In this document: one piece after another, positions 39,564 to 53,616 of the stretch
Numbering within the stretch: position 1 is the stretch's first letter
How the letters are laid out: each line of letters opens with the position of its first letter
Assembly: GCA_963796955.1 (NCBI GenBank)
Contig: CAWCNJ010000005.1
Span: 96,001 to 160,000, forward strand
Length of the DNA: 64,000 nt
Direction of reading: 5' to 3'
Source: Endomicrobiales bacterium
Lineage (GTDB): Bacteria; Elusimicrobiota; Endomicrobiia; Endomicrobiales; JALOBY01
The notes under the pieces: generated by a model
What the model was told of the DNA's origin: nothing
Database searches by the model: none
The model's input: only the letters and a program-made list of their open reading frames with translations
Translations under genes and position numbers: made by a program

Positions 39564-40927
39564 ATGCAACTAGAGCATCTGTGGAAAACGGTTGTTGATA
39601 ACCTTAAAGAAGCAATGGGCCTGGAATCCTTTAATCTGTGGATCCACCCGATCAAACCCATCTCCTATGATAACGGAACATTGGTATTACAGGTACCAAA
39701 TAAATATTTTTCCGATTGGATAAAATCCCATCAGCTCGAAACGATACAAAAAATTATCTCCGGCGAAACCCATCAGGACGTTACCATACAATTTAACGAA
39801 GTGCAGGACCTCGCGCCCATCCTTAACCGCGTGGAAGCAATAGCGGACCCCGTGCCCGCGGGCGCCCTGCGACACGCATCCCCGACGATCAGTTCGCGCC
39901 CCGGTACGTGTTTGACCGTTTTGTCGTCGGTGCCTCCAACCGTTTCGCGCATGCCTCATGCGAGGCTGTTTCTAAGAGCCCGGGGAAACAATTCAACCCT
40001 TTATTTATTTACGGCGGCGTGGGTCTTGGTAAAACACATTTAATGCACGCGATCGGCAACAATATCCGCAAGAACAATCCCAACGCCCGCGTGCTCTACG
40101 TGACATCCGAAAAATTCATCAACGAATTTATTGATTCCATCCGCTTTGAAAAGCCGGCCTCGTTCCGCAACAAGTTCCGCAACCTGGACTGCCTGCTGAT
40201 AGACGACATCCAATTCCTTGCCGGCCGCCAAAGCTCGCAGGAAGAGTTCTTTAATACCTTTAATACCCTCTACGATTCGCGCAAACAGATCGTTATTACC
40301 TCAGACCGGCCGCCGAAGGACCTGCCCACCCTTGAGCAGCGCCTTATTTCACGCTTCGAGTGGGGCGTCATCGCCGACATTCAGCCTCCGGACCTTGAGA
40401 CCCGCATCGCGATACTCAGGAAAAAGGCCGAAGAAGAAAGCCTGTATATTCCTGATGATGTGGTGTTGTTCATAGCAACGCAAATTAAATCGAACATACG
40501 AGAGCTGGAAGGCACCCTGATACGCATAGCGGCCTTCTCGGCCTTCACCGGCACGCCTCTTACGGTAGATTCCGTGCAAAAGATAATTAAGGACGTTGTA
40601 CGGCCCTCTGAAGATTCCGCTCAGATCACCATAGAACGCATCCAGAACATTGTCGCCAGACATTTCAACCTGGATATAAAAGATATGAAATCAAAGCGAC
40701 GCAGCGATGCCATCGCGTTCCCGCGCCAGATCGCCATGTACCTGGCCCGCACGTTAACGGACCAGTTCTCCACCACCGAAATAGGCAACGAATTCGGCGG
40801 CAAAGACCATACCACGGTCATGCATGCCTGCAACAAGATAAAAGCCAGGATGTCTTCGGACCCGTATTTTGTCGCCAAGGTTAACCAGATCAGCCAGGAA
40901 ATACGCTCAAATTCAACTGAAGATTAA
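39564..40927 (+). CDS. dnaA: Chromosomal replication initiator DnaA (apparent frameshift ~39860)
   Basis: Domain I (SFNLWI..VPNKY) in ORF 39564; [35 protein letters not shown] in ORF 39908. Confidence 0.96.
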
Positions 40928-41144
40928 CAGCTGTATAACGGACTAATAACTCCGTATTTACTGTATAACTTTTTTGTTCTCTAACATTCTTAATAACTTA
41001 ACTTATTATTAACAATTCCTTAACACACCACAGCAAGTGAAACATGTTTGTTTTGAGGCACTTTTTAAAGTTGTTAACAGTATACAGACAATACAGCTGC
41101 CTACTACCGCTACTACTAGCCTTTATTAAAAGGAGAAACACCAG
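40928..41144. other. oriC candidate (dnaA-dnaN spacer) with degenerate DnaA boxes and DnaA-trio-like tract
   Basis: AT-rich; ctgtataac twice, ttattaaca, gtatacaga; then ctactaccgctactacta at 41101-41118. Confidence 0.75.
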
Positions 41145-42248
41145 ATGAAGATCATTTGTGAAAAAGATGAACTGGTTAAAGGTTCTCAGATCACTTCAAC
41201 CGTGGTACCGCCCCGCAGCACGCTGCCTATCCTCTCCAATTTCCTTCTAGAAGCGGAAGGCACACAGCTGAAATTATCTTCTACGGACCTTGAAGTAGGG
41301 GTAACCTGCTTTATTAAAGGGGAAGTGATAAAAGAAGGTTCCATTACGATCCCTGCCAAACGTTTTGGCGATATAATACGCGAGCTTCCTGAAAAACAGC
41401 CGATAGAAATAAAAGCAGATGATACGAACCAGGTAAGCATTCGCTGCGGTAAAGCGCATTTTACGCTTATGGGTCTTTCCAAAGCAGACTATCCCGTGCT
41501 GCCGGTCTTCCCCCAGGAAAATTTCACCCTGAACCGCGATACCATGAAAGCCATGTTCCGTAAAGCGGCATTTGCCGTTTCAACGGATGAGACACGATAT
41601 GTTCTTAACGGCGTGTATATGCTGGTGGAAAAAGGAACCGTAAAACTTGTGTCGACAGACGGCCGCCGCCTTGCCTTTATTTCGCGTGATGCCGCCGATA
41701 AAAAGATACAGCGCTCGGCGATCATCCCAACCAAAGCCGTTAACGAACTGCAGCGGGTACTCAATTCAGATGAAAAAGGCGATGAGGTTACAGTCGGTAT
41801 CACAGAGAATCAGATAGCCTTTAAAGCCGGCAACATCACGATCATCTCACGCCTGATAGAAGGTTCCTTCCCTAATTACGACCAGGTGATACCTAAGAAG
41901 CATGATGTGCAGGTAAAGCTTAACGTTAAAGAAACCCTGCAGGCTGTGCGCCAGATGTCCACCCTTGCCCTTGATAAGGCCTCTGCCATTCGTTTTACGT
42001 TCGCCAAGAACACGCTGCGTATCTCGGCATCAGCCCAGGGCCTTGGCTCCGGTGAAGCGGAGATCGATGTTGAATATACCGGCCAGCTGCTGGAGATCGC
42101 CTTCAACCCGCAGTTCCTTATCGATATACTGAAAAATTCAGACGATGATGTCGTGATCATGGAATTGACCGGTTCGCTTAACCCCGCGCTGGTGCACCCG
42201 GTAAAAGATGCGAATTATCTCTGCGTTGTTATGCCGATGCGTTTGTAA
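41145..42248 (+). CDS. dnaN: DNA polymerase III beta clamp
   Basis: STLPILSN, STDLE, DETRYVLNG, STDGRRL, FPNY, VMPMRL. Confidence 0.98.
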   Translation: MKIICEKDELVKGSQITSTVVPPRSTLPILSNFLLEAEGTQLKLSSTDLEVGVTCFIKGEVIKEGSITIPAKRFGDIIRELPEKQPIEIKADDTNQVSIRCGKAHFTLMGLSKADYPVLPVFPQENFTLNRDTMKAMFRKAAFAVSTDETRYVLNGVYMLVEKGTVKLVSTDGRRLAFISRDAADKKIQRSAIIPTKAVNELQRVLNSDEKGDEVTVGITENQIAFKAGNITIISRLIEGSFPNYDQVIPKKHDVQVKLNVKETLQAVRQMSTLALDKASAIRFTFAKNTLRISASAQGLGSGEAEIDVEYTGQLLEIAFNPQFLIDILKNSDDDVVIMELTGSLNPALVHPVKDANYLCVVMPMRL

Positions 42249-42253
42249 TTCAC

Positions 42254-45012
<2,759 letters not shown>

Positions 45013-45044
45013 TTGTTCTCTCATATTTAAGAAAAGGAAATAAA

Positions 45045-47565
45045 ATGCCTGAAGAAAAAGATAACAAAGCATTGCCACCGGAACAACCAGTAAACCCGAA
45101 CATTTCACCGCGGGCCATCGAAGACGAGATGAAGACGCTACATAGATTATTCGATGTAGGTTATCGTCGGAAGAGCTCTGCCGGATGTGCGTGACGGTTT
45201 AAAGCCGGTGCACCGGCGCATACTTTATACCATGAAGGAAATGGGCCTGCGCCACAACACAGCCTATAAGAAATCAGCCCGCGTTGTCGGCGACGTGCTT
45301 GGTAAATACCATCCGCACGGCGACACCGCGGTCTACGACTCCATGGTGCGCATGGTGCAGGACTTTTCGCTCCGGTATCCGATGGTGGACGGTCAGGGAA
45401 ACTTCGGCTCCGTTGACGGCGACTCACCTGCCGCCATGCGTTACACCGAAGTGCGCCTTGCCGGCATCGCCGACGAGATGCTCGCCGACCTGGATAAAGA
45501 CACGGTGGATTTTTCACCCAACTACGACGGCTCTTTGCTGGAACCCGTGATACTGCCTGCAAAAATACCAAACCTGCTCATTAACGGCTCCACCGGTATC
45601 GCCGTTGGTATGGCAACGAATATTCCGTCCCATAATCTTTCAGAGGTCGTGGATGCGACGATCTGCGTGATAGACAACCCCAATATAGAGATCGCCGAGA
45701 TCTGCAAAGTAATAAAAGGGCCCGACTGGCCGACCGCAGGTATCATCCACGGGCGGGCCGGCATCAAACAATATATGGAAACCGGCCGCGGCTCCGTTGT
45801 TACCCGCGCCAAGACCGAGATAGAAGATATTAAGGGAAACCGTCAGGCCATCATTATTAACGAACTGCCGTACCAGGTGAACAAAGCCACCCTGCTTGAA
45901 ACCATCGCCGACCTGGTCCGCGATAAAAAGATAGAAGATATCTCCGACCTGCGCGACGAATCCGACCGCGACGGTATCCGTGTTGTTATCGAGATCAAGC
46001 GCGACGGTAACGCCCAGATCGTGCTGAACCAGCTCTTCAAGCACACCCAGATGGAGAACAGTTTCGGCGTGATCATGCTGGCGCTCGTCAACAACCGCCC
46101 GAAGGTCATGAACATCAAGGAAATGCTGTACCACTTTATCGAGCACAGAAAAGTGGTGGTCGTGCGCCGCACAAAATTCGAGCTTGCCAAGGCCGAGGCG
46201 CGCGCCCATATATTAGAGGGCTTGAAGATCGCTCTCGACAACCTGGACGCCGTCATCAAGACCATTAAGGAATCAAAAGATACCGACAACGCCCGTATAC
46301 GTTTGATGGAAAAATTCAAACTGTCCAAACTGCAGGCGCAGGCCATTTTGGATATGCGGCTGCAATCGCTGACGGGCCTTGAGCGCAACAAGATCGAAGA
46401 AGAATATCTGGAACTGATAAAGCTGATAGAAAAGCTGAAAGGCATACTTGCCGATTCGCGCAAAGTTCTCGACATCATTAAAACGGAACTGCTGGAAGTG
46501 AAAGAAAAATACGGCGATGAGCGCCGCACGAAGATCCTGGCGCAGGCCGCCGAAGATTTCGCGATAGAAGACCTGATCCAGGAAGAGGACGTGGTCGTAA
46601 CGCTGTCACACGCGGGCTACATTAAACGCCTGCCGGCCACGACCTACCGCGCACAGCGCAGGGGCGGCAAAGGCATTATGGGCGTTACCACGCGCGAGGA
46701 TGATTTCGCGGAGTCGATGTTCGTAACCTCCACGCACGCTTTCCTGCTGTTGTTCACCAACAAGGGCCGCGTCTACTGGCTGCGCGTATTTGAGATCCCC
46801 GAAGGGTCGCGCACCGGCAAAGGCAAGGCGATCGTGAACCTGCTGCAAATATCTTCGTCGGACGAGAAGATAACGGCGGCTATTCCCATACGGTCGTTCG
46901 AGGAAGAGAAGAAGTGTTTCCTGATCATGTGCACCAAGTTCGGCACTATCAAAAAGACGCCGCTTGAAGAATATGCCAACCAGCGCAAGGGCGGTATAAT
47001 CGCTATTAATTTGGACGACAACGACACGCTGATAGAAGTTAAATATACCGACGGCTCCGCCCAGATAATTATCGCGACAAAAATGGGCACCGCGATACGC
47101 TTTAAAGAAGAGAACGTACGCCCCATCGGCCGCGTCGGCCGCGGCGTCAGAGGCATCACGCTGGAAGACGGCGATGAAGTAATCGGCATGGAAGCGGTTG
47201 AGGACGAAAAAGACATTTTCCTTACCGCCAGCGAGAACGGCTACGGTAAACGCACCAAAGTAAGCGAATACCGTTTGCAGACGCGCGGCGGCAAGGGTGT
47301 TATAAATATGAAGACCAACGAGCGCAACGGCAAGGTCATCGGCATTAAGAAAGCCAATGACGGCGACGATCTGATGCTTATGACGGAAAAAGGCATTTCC
47401 ATCCGCCAGCCGATGAAAGACATCTCCATTATCGGCCGCAATGTGCAGGGTGTGCGCCTGGTCCGTCTGGAAGAGGGCGACAGGCTTGCGGCGATCGCCG
47501 CCGTGGTAAAAGAAGAAGAAGCCGCTCCGGGCGAAGCCGGGCCCGAACCGGAGGAAAAGAAATAG
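45045..47565 (+). CDS. gyrA: DNA gyrase subunit A (apparent indels ~45135-45160)
   Basis: MPEEK..IEDEMK upstream; [29 protein letters not shown], GyrA box QRRGGKG. Confidence 0.96.
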
Positions 47566-47568
47566 GTA

Positions 47569-48621
47569 ATGTACGCCTACGCGGGTTCTCTTCACCTTCA
47601 TTCCAGCTTTTCTTTCGACGGGAATGTGCACCCGCGGGAAATGATCGCCGCCGCAAAAAAATGCGGTCTTAACTTTATCGTTATCACCGACCATTTCCGC
47701 ATGGACGCGCAGGCGGACGGCTGGGCCGGCTGGCACGACGGCGTGTTTGTGCTGATCGGCGAAGAGATCTCCCCGCGCTACAACCATTGCCTGGCGCTGG
47801 GTATAACTAAACCCGTTATCGCCTGGAAAAAATCCTCGCAGCCGCAGGACTATATAGACGCGGTCGCCGAGCAGGGCGGTTTTTGTCTGGTAGCGCACCC
47901 CGATCACACCGGCGCGCCGCTCTTCGGCATAAAGGCCTACACGTGGAAGGACTGGAGCGTTAAAGGCTTCGCCGGTATGAGCATCTGGGACCTGATGACC
48001 GACTGGCAGGAAAAGCTTACCTCTATTCCGGCGGCCCTGTGGGCCTATTTGTTCCCCACCTGGTTCCTCAGCGGCCCCAAGCAGGAAACGCTGCGGCGCT
48101 GGGACGAAATGAACCGGAAGGGAAAAGTCTTCGGTTTCGGCGAGATAGACAACCATAATTCATTGAAGATGATGTGGGGTGTGCCCTTCAGGATATTCCC
48201 GTTCCACTATGCCTTCTCGACGGTGCGCACCCATGTGCTGCTGCCGGTGGAACTGAGCAGCGATAACGATACCGCCCGCTCGCAGCTGCTGGCGGCCATT
48301 AAGAACGGCAACTCCTACGTCTCCCAGGATAAATGGCGTAACGCCACTGGCTTCGAATTCAGGATATATAACGATGGTGCAATCGCGCACATAGGCGGCG
48401 AACTGGCCCTTGCGGGAAAACCCGCGCTGCTGGAAGCTAAGATCCCGCGCAACGGGATAGTGCGGGTCCTGCGCGACGGCGTGCTGATAGCGGAAGAACG
48501 CAAACGCTCCATACAGGTGGCAATCGACAGCCCCGGCGTATACCGCGTCGAGGCGCAACAGATGATGTTCGGCTTCAAAAAACCCTGGATATTCTCAAAT
48601 CCGATTTTTGTGAGACAATAA
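47569..48621 (+). CDS. PHP-domain metallohydrolase
   Basis: HLHS..SFDG, ITDH, GEE, AHP, DNH, WIFSNPI. Confidence 0.85.
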   Translation: MYAYAGSLHLHSSFSFDGNVHPREMIAAAKKCGLNFIVITDHFRMDAQADGWAGWHDGVFVLIGEEISPRYNHCLALGITKPVIAWKKSSQPQDYIDAVAEQGGFCLVAHPDHTGAPLFGIKAYTWKDWSVKGFAGMSIWDLMTDWQEKLTSIPAALWAYLFPTWFLSGPKQETLRRWDEMNRKGKVFGFGEIDNHNSLKMMWGVPFRIFPFHYAFSTVRTHVLLPVELSSDNDTARSQLLAAIKNGNSYVSQDKWRNATGFEFRIYNDGAIAHIGGELALAGKPALLEAKIPRNGIVRVLRDGVLIAEERKRSIQVAIDSPGVYRVEAQQMMFGFKKPWIFSNPIFVRQ

Positions 48622-48622
48622 T

Positions 48623-49483
48623 ATGGCGATAATAGACGGAAAAAAGATCTCCGCGGGACTGCGCGAAGAGCTCAAGAAAGAAATAGCCGCTCTGTCGTTC
48701 AAACCGGGCCTGGCCACCATCCTGGTGGGTGAAGACCCCGCCAGCCATGTCTATGTCAACAACAAGATCAAGGCCTGCAAAGAGCTGGGTATCGCTTCCT
48801 TTCACCACCCGCTGGCGAAAACCGCGACCAACGACCAGATACTGGCGTTGATACGCGAACTGAACGATTCGCCGAACGTGCACGGTATTTTGCTGCAACT
48901 CCCGCTGCCGCCGGGGCTTGACGGCGAAGCCTGCGTGGCTGCAATTGCACCGGCAAAAGATGTTGACGGCCTGCACCCGTACAACCAGGGTTTGCTGCTC
49001 AGCTCTAAAAATTGGAAAGAGATGGCCGCCGGTAAACTCCTTATGCCGTGCACGCCCTACGGATCTATCATATTGCTGCAAAAATACGGCGTGAACCTGA
49101 ATGGTGCCCGCGCGGTGGTGGTAGGCCGTTCCGCGCTCGCCGGAAAACCGATAGCGCTTATGCTGTTGGCGAACAACGCGACGGTAACGATAGCCCATTC
49201 GCGCACCCACAACCTGCCTGCCCTCTGCCGCGAGGCCGACATTCTCGTCGCCGCGATCGGCAAGCCGCAATTCATAACGAAAGATTTTGTTAAGCCCGGG
49301 GCGACGGTCATCGACATAGGCATTAACCGCACCGAGAGCGGTCTGTGCGGCGATGTGGATTACGCGGGCGTAAAAGATATCGCGGGCCTTATCACGCCGG
49401 TCCCCGGCGGCGTCGGCGCCACGACCATTACCATGTTGATGAAGAACACCGTGCTTGCCGCAAAAGCCATAGAGGGCACATGA
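48623..49483 (+). CDS. folD: Methylene-THF dehydrogenase/cyclohydrolase
   Basis: GILLQLPLP, KDVDG, PCTP, VIDIGIN, TPVPGGVG. Confidence 0.97.
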   Translation: MAIIDGKKISAGLREELKKEIAALSFKPGLATILVGEDPASHVYVNNKIKACKELGIASFHHPLAKTATNDQILALIRELNDSPNVHGILLQLPLPPGLDGEACVAAIAPAKDVDGLHPYNQGLLLSSKNWKEMAAGKLLMPCTPYGSIILLQKYGVNLNGARAVVVGRSALAGKPIALMLLANNATVTIAHSRTHNLPALCREADILVAAIGKPQFITKDFVKPGATVIDIGINRTESGLCGDVDYAGVKDIAGLITPVPGGVGATTITMLMKNTVLAAKAIEGT

Positions 49484-50013
49484 AGGCGATAACTCTTACA
49501 CCCGTGCCGGGCACGCAAAAAGTGCTGGATATGCTGGAAAAAAAAGGCGCCATTCGCTGTCTGCGGCCCAGCAAAGAACTGGCGGCGGGCACATGCAAAT
49601 GGAATATTCAGACGCACTATACGACGGCGCCGCGGTTCGGCACGCATAAGCTGATGGCGGTGCTCAAGGATTCAACGCAGATCGCGCTGACCACGCACCC
49701 GGATAACGAAGATATTATTTTGATAAACAACACAGGCAAAAACTATAAACCCCTGTACCTGATCACCGCGCTTATGACACAGAAAAAATTCGAGGACAAA
49801 GCCCGCAGGGGCGCCGTTACGGCAAAAGACGTGGTGGCCGTTGAATTGCAGTATAACACCGGTACCAGCGTATTCACCGTGCTGAAAGATATTCCGCACT
49901 GCGAGATCACGGTGCCCGGTAAAGGTACGGATCCCGTTTTCTTTGTGACGGAACCGGCTGATTTCGCGATGGACATGGTCGCTCAGGCAGGCTATACTTT
50001 CGTGCTGAAATAG
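49480..50013 (+). CDS. Hypothetical protein
   Basis: ATG overlaps the folD stop (ATGA); 177 aa. Confidence 0.7.
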   Translation: MKAITLTPVPGTQKVLDMLEKKGAIRCLRPSKELAAGTCKWNIQTHYTTAPRFGTHKLMAVLKDSTQIALTTHPDNEDIILINNTGKNYKPLYLITALMTQKKFEDKARRGAVTAKDVVAVELQYNTGTSVFTVLKDIPHCEITVPGKGTDPVFFVTEPADFAMDMVAQAGYTFVLK

Positions 50014-50023
50014 GAAAACCCGC

Positions 50024-50848
50024 ATGCCGATACAATTTCTGATAAATATAGTAGTCCCGCTGCTCGCCGGTCTGACGTTCTTCGCGATGGCGACCGAGAT
50101 CAACCGCGTCAGCGCCGTGCGAAAGATGATCTTCGGCGAGGTCGGTTATAAGAAAGTTTTCGTCGCCTTCTTGCTGCTGGGCATCTATTTTGTGACCCGC
50201 CCGCTGCAAAATATACTTGGTCCCCATCCCTGGCCGATGATCGTCAACTGCGCCAGGCAGGTATTTTTAATGGCCGTTATCGCGCCCGCGATACTGGTAG
50301 GCATTTTGCACTGGGTGCCGCGGGAAAAAGGCATGCCGAAATCGGCGACGTGGGCGGCCTACGGCGTCGGGATACTGTCCGCGGTTATCTTTCTCTTGAT
50401 CAACCGGGTCGTGATAACCGGTTCCCATGAGATAGCCCATTACGGCGGCATCACCATGTATGATCCCGTCTGGGGCGCGACGGGGACCGGCAGCGCTGAA
50501 CTGATCATCATTCATCTTATATCGCAGCTGATATCGCCCGTCGGGTTTTTCATCCTGGCGGCCGCCTATGTGCGCCATCGCCGGTATAATTATCCGCTGG
50601 TGGAAGTATATAATCTGATACCCGTGAAATGGAAATATCTGGAGATAAGCCTGCTGATATTCGCCGGCTCATGGCTTGCCGCCGGCTTTGCCGCATTGTT
50701 CGGCCAGTATTACACCTATTTGTGGGTCATATATTTCGCGGGCTCGGCGATAGCCGGTCTTATAGAGATGGAAGGCGTAAAAATGCCGCCGCGCGAAGCG
50801 CCTGCCGATCTTGCCAACATAGAAGATGATCCGGAATCAGGAGATTGA
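50024..50848 (+). CDS. Hypothetical multi-pass (about 7 TM) membrane protein
   Basis: 274 aa with repeated hydrophobic segments. Confidence 0.75.
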   Translation: MPIQFLINIVVPLLAGLTFFAMATEINRVSAVRKMIFGEVGYKKVFVAFLLLGIYFVTRPLQNILGPHPWPMIVNCARQVFLMAVIAPAILVGILHWVPREKGMPKSATWAAYGVGILSAVIFLLINRVVITGSHEIAHYGGITMYDPVWGATGTGSAELIIIHLISQLISPVGFFILAAAYVRHRRYNYPLVEVYNLIPVKWKYLEISLLIFAGSWLAAGFAALFGQYYTYLWVIYFAGSAIAGLIEMEGVKMPPREAPADLANIEDDPESGD

Positions 50849-50881
50849 TCAGAAGCAATAAAAAACCAGGAGGGAAAACAC

Positions 50882-51115
50882 ATGCCTTACGATCAGAGTT
50901 TAGACAAACAGTTGTTCACAAAAGCCTTTGAGACGGACGCGGGAAAGATCATCGTCAGCGTATATTCGTACAACGGCGGGGCCAAGAAACTTCAGCTTTC
51001 CAGAGAGACCACCGACAAGGAAGGGAAACCGACCTTCGCGAAGCTCGGCCGCATGACCAAGGAAGAAGTTGAAGGCGTCCTTCCCGTCATAGCCGAAGCG
51101 ATGAAGAATCTATAA
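50882..51115 (+). CDS. Small hypothetical protein (possibly PC4-like)
   Basis: AGGAGG SD; 77 aa, VSVYSYNGG..KLQLSRE..KLGRM. Confidence 0.75.
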   Translation: MPYDQSLDKQLFTKAFETDAGKIIVSVYSYNGGAKKLQLSRETTDKEGKPTFAKLGRMTKEEVEGVLPVIAEAMKNL

Positions 51116-51116
51116 C

Positions 51117-51214
51117 GGCAATTAAAAATTTGAAAATTCGAAGATTATGAAGATTAAAACCCTGTGATAAGGTTTTAATTTTCTAATCTTCGATTTTCTT
51201 AATCTTTAATTGTC
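51117..51214. terminator. Long AT-rich imperfect inverted repeat between convergent genes
   Basis: ggcaattaaaaatttgaaaattcgaagattatgaagattaaaacc ... ggttttaattttctaatcttcgattttcttaatctttaattgtc. Confidence 0.6.
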
Positions 51215-53616
51215 ATAAGTCTTTTAACGAGGGGTGCCGCTTCTACGGCATCTCTCGCGTAGCTGTCAGCGCCTATCTCTTTCGTAAATTTTTCTGTTAC
51301 TGGCGCGCCGCCCAGCACTATCTTGAATGTTCCGCCCTGCGCGGTCCGTTGTTTTACCACTTCTTCCATTTCCAGCATCGTCGTGGTCATCAGCGCCGAT
51401 AGTCCTACCACCGGCACATTATTTTTTATCGCTATTTTAACAATATCTTCCGCCGCAATGTTCTTCCCCAGGTCCAGCACCTCAAAGCCGTGGCTTTCCA
51501 ATACCGCGGCCACTATATTCTTGCCGATATCATGTACGTCGCCTTTTACCGTAGCCAGTATGACCTTCCCGGCGGAAAAACCGCCCACCGAGGCCAGCAG
51601 CGGTTTGATAACGCCAAACGCCGTCTGCGCGGCTTCCGCCGCCAATATCACCTGCGGCAGGAAATATTCCTTATCGTTGAACTTTTTCCCCACCTCATTG
51701 AGCGCGGCGAGCAGTATGTCGTTGGCTATTACCAGCGGTTCTTTGCCGGCCGCGATAAGCGCTCTAACAAAACCCGCGATCTCTTCACGGTTCCCTTCCA
51801 CGACCGCCTGACGCAACGACTGCTCCGGTGTCAGCGTCTGTGCCGCCGCCGAGGCCGCTGTTTTCTTTGGTGCGCCGCCGTACGCGGCGATATAGCTGCC
51901 GCCATTGGGGTCTTTGTCAAGCAGGACATCGGCTGCTTTTTCGTCGAAAATACTCCAGTCTTCATGCGGGTTAAGTATCGCGAAATCAAGTCCCGCTTTC
52001 AGCGCCATATTCAAAAACGTGGCGTTCAGCAGCTGACGCGCAGGCATGCCGAATGAAATGTTAGAGACCCCGAGTATCGTTTTAACGTTCGGCCAGCGTT
52101 CCTTGGATCGGCGGATCGCCTCCAGCGTTTCATTGACCTGCCCGGGCATGGCGGAAACGGCCAGCGTCAGATAATCGATGATGATTTCGCTCTCGGGAAT
52201 ACCCGCCGCAACGGCCGTATCAATAATGCGCGAGGCGATCGCAAGGCGGTCGGCGGTCGTTTTAGGAATACCTTTTTCATCCACCGCAAGGCCCACGAGC
52301 GCCGCGCCGTAGCGTTTGGCCAACGGCACGATAATAGCCAGTTTTTCGCTCTCGCCGCTGACAGAATTAAGTATCGGTTTTCCCGCGCAGGCCTTCAGGC
52401 CCGCTTCGATCGCGGCGGGAGAACTGGAGTCTATGCACAGGGGCACGGGTACCACTTCCTGCACTTCTTCAACCGCGTGCGCCAGCAGCTCGGTCTCATT
52501 GGCGCCCGGCAGGCCCAGGTTAAGGTCCAGCACCAGCGCCCCCGCATTGACCTGTTCCTTCGCCTCCCTGCGCACGGAAGCAAAGTTCCCCGCGCCCAGT
52601 TCTTCCTGGAACTTTTTGCGGTTCGTGGGATTTATCCGTTCGCCGACCATAATAAGTTTGCCGAAGTTGTGGGCGTCAAAGGCCCTACCGCGCGATGCCA
52701 ATAGCAGCTTATCTTTTTTCGGTCGTAGTACGGGCTTTAAATTTTTTACTTTTGCGGCAAGATCTTTAATGAACTCAGGTGTGGTGCCGCAGCAGCCGCC
52801 CAGCATGTTTACGCCCAGTGCCTGTGCCGTAAGTCCCGCCTCAACGAACTCTTCACAGGTGCCGGGGAAAATAGTTTTGCGGTTCACCAGCATCGGAATG
52901 CCCGCGTTCGGCTTAAAAGATACGGGCAGCGCGGTGTTCGCGCAGATCGTTTCGATGATAGCAAGCAGGTCTTTGGGCCCCGCGGAACAATTAACGCCGA
53001 TACCGTCGGCGCCGCAGCTTTCGGCGGCAGCGACAAAAGAAAGCACGCCGGTGCCGGTCACCGTGTTGCCGTCCGGGGTAAAGGTCATCTGCGCAATGAC
53101 CGGACCGTTAAAATGGTCGCGGCAGGCGATAATGGCCGCTTTGGTCTCTCTGATCTCTGCCATGGTCTCTATGAAAATAAGGTCAGCGCCGGCTTTTTGC
53201 AAGGCCCGCGCCTGCTCGGCGAACAGCGCGTACGCGTCGTCGAAGGAAAAAGGTCCGAGCGGTGAAAGGTAGGCCCCGAGCGGTCCCATGTCGCCCGCCA
53301 CTAAAGCACCGAAGGGGGCCGCTACCTCGCGTGAGATGGTAATGCCGGCAATATTAAGTTCTTCGGTTTTATCCGCCAGACCGTAATCGGCCAGTTTGTG
53401 CCGGTTTGCGCCGAACGTGTTCGCGATAATTATGTTTGAGCCGGCTTTTAGATACTCCAGCTGCACCGTCTGAATTCGTATGGGGCATGTCAGGTTCAAT
53501 TCCTCGGGCGCACCGATATCGTCAAGATAACCGCGCTTTTGCAATTCGGTGCCCATCGCTCCGTCCAGCATCAGTATCCGTTCAGCAATAAGACTTTTAA
53601 ATTCGTTCCGGTTCAT
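51199..53616 (-). CDS. metH: Cobalamin-dependent methionine synthase lacking the C-terminal activation domain
   Basis: LDGAMGT, GVNCS, GGCCGTTP, GERINPT, TVKGDVHDIGKNIV, SALMTTT. Confidence 0.95.
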   Translation of the reverse strand: MNRNEFKSLIAERILMLDGAMGTELQKRGYLDDIGAPEELNLTCPIRIQTVQLEYLKAGSNIIIANTFGANRHKLADYGLADKTEELNIAGITISREVAAPFGALVAGDMGPLGAYLSPLGPFSFDDAYALFAEQARALQKAGADLIFIETMAEIRETKAAIIACRDHFNGPVIAQMTFTPDGNTVTGTGVLSFVAAAESCGADGIGVNCSAGPKDLLAIIETICANTALPVSFKPNAGIPMLVNRKTIFPGTCEEFVEAGLTAQALGVNMLGGCCGTTPEFIKDLAAKVKNLKPVLRPKKDKLLLASRGRAFDAHNFGKLIMVGERINPTNRKKFQEELGAGNFASVRREAKEQVNAGALVLDLNLGLPGANETELLAHAVEEVQEVVPVPLCIDSSSPAAIEAGLKACAGKPILNSVSGESEKLAIIVPLAKRYGAALVGLAVDEKGIPKTTADRLAIASRIIDTAVAAGIPESEIIIDYLTLAVSAMPGQVNETLEAIRRSKERWPNVKTILGVSNISFGMPARQLLNATFLNMALKAGLDFAILNPHEDWSIFDEKAADVLLDKDPNGGSYIAAYGGAPKKTAASAAAQTLTPEQSLRQAVVEGNREEIAGFVRALIAAGKEPLVIANDILLAALNEVGKKFNDKEYFLPQVILAAEAAQTAFGVIKPLLASVGGFSAGKVILATVKGDVHDIGKNIVAAVLESHGFEVLDLGKNIAAEDIVKIAIKNNVPVVGLSALMTTTMLEMEEVVKQRTAQGGTFKIVLGGAPVTEKFTKEIGADSYARDAVEAAPLVKRLMTIKD

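Noticed and set aside
41030..41050. Third parS site (gtgaaaca)
   Set aside because: Only a half-site; the left arm does not match
46606..48156. Long minus-strand ORF (516 aa) and similar long antisense ORFs elsewhere
   Set aside because: They overlap well-supported plus-strand genes and are expected from codon bias in GC-rich coding DNA
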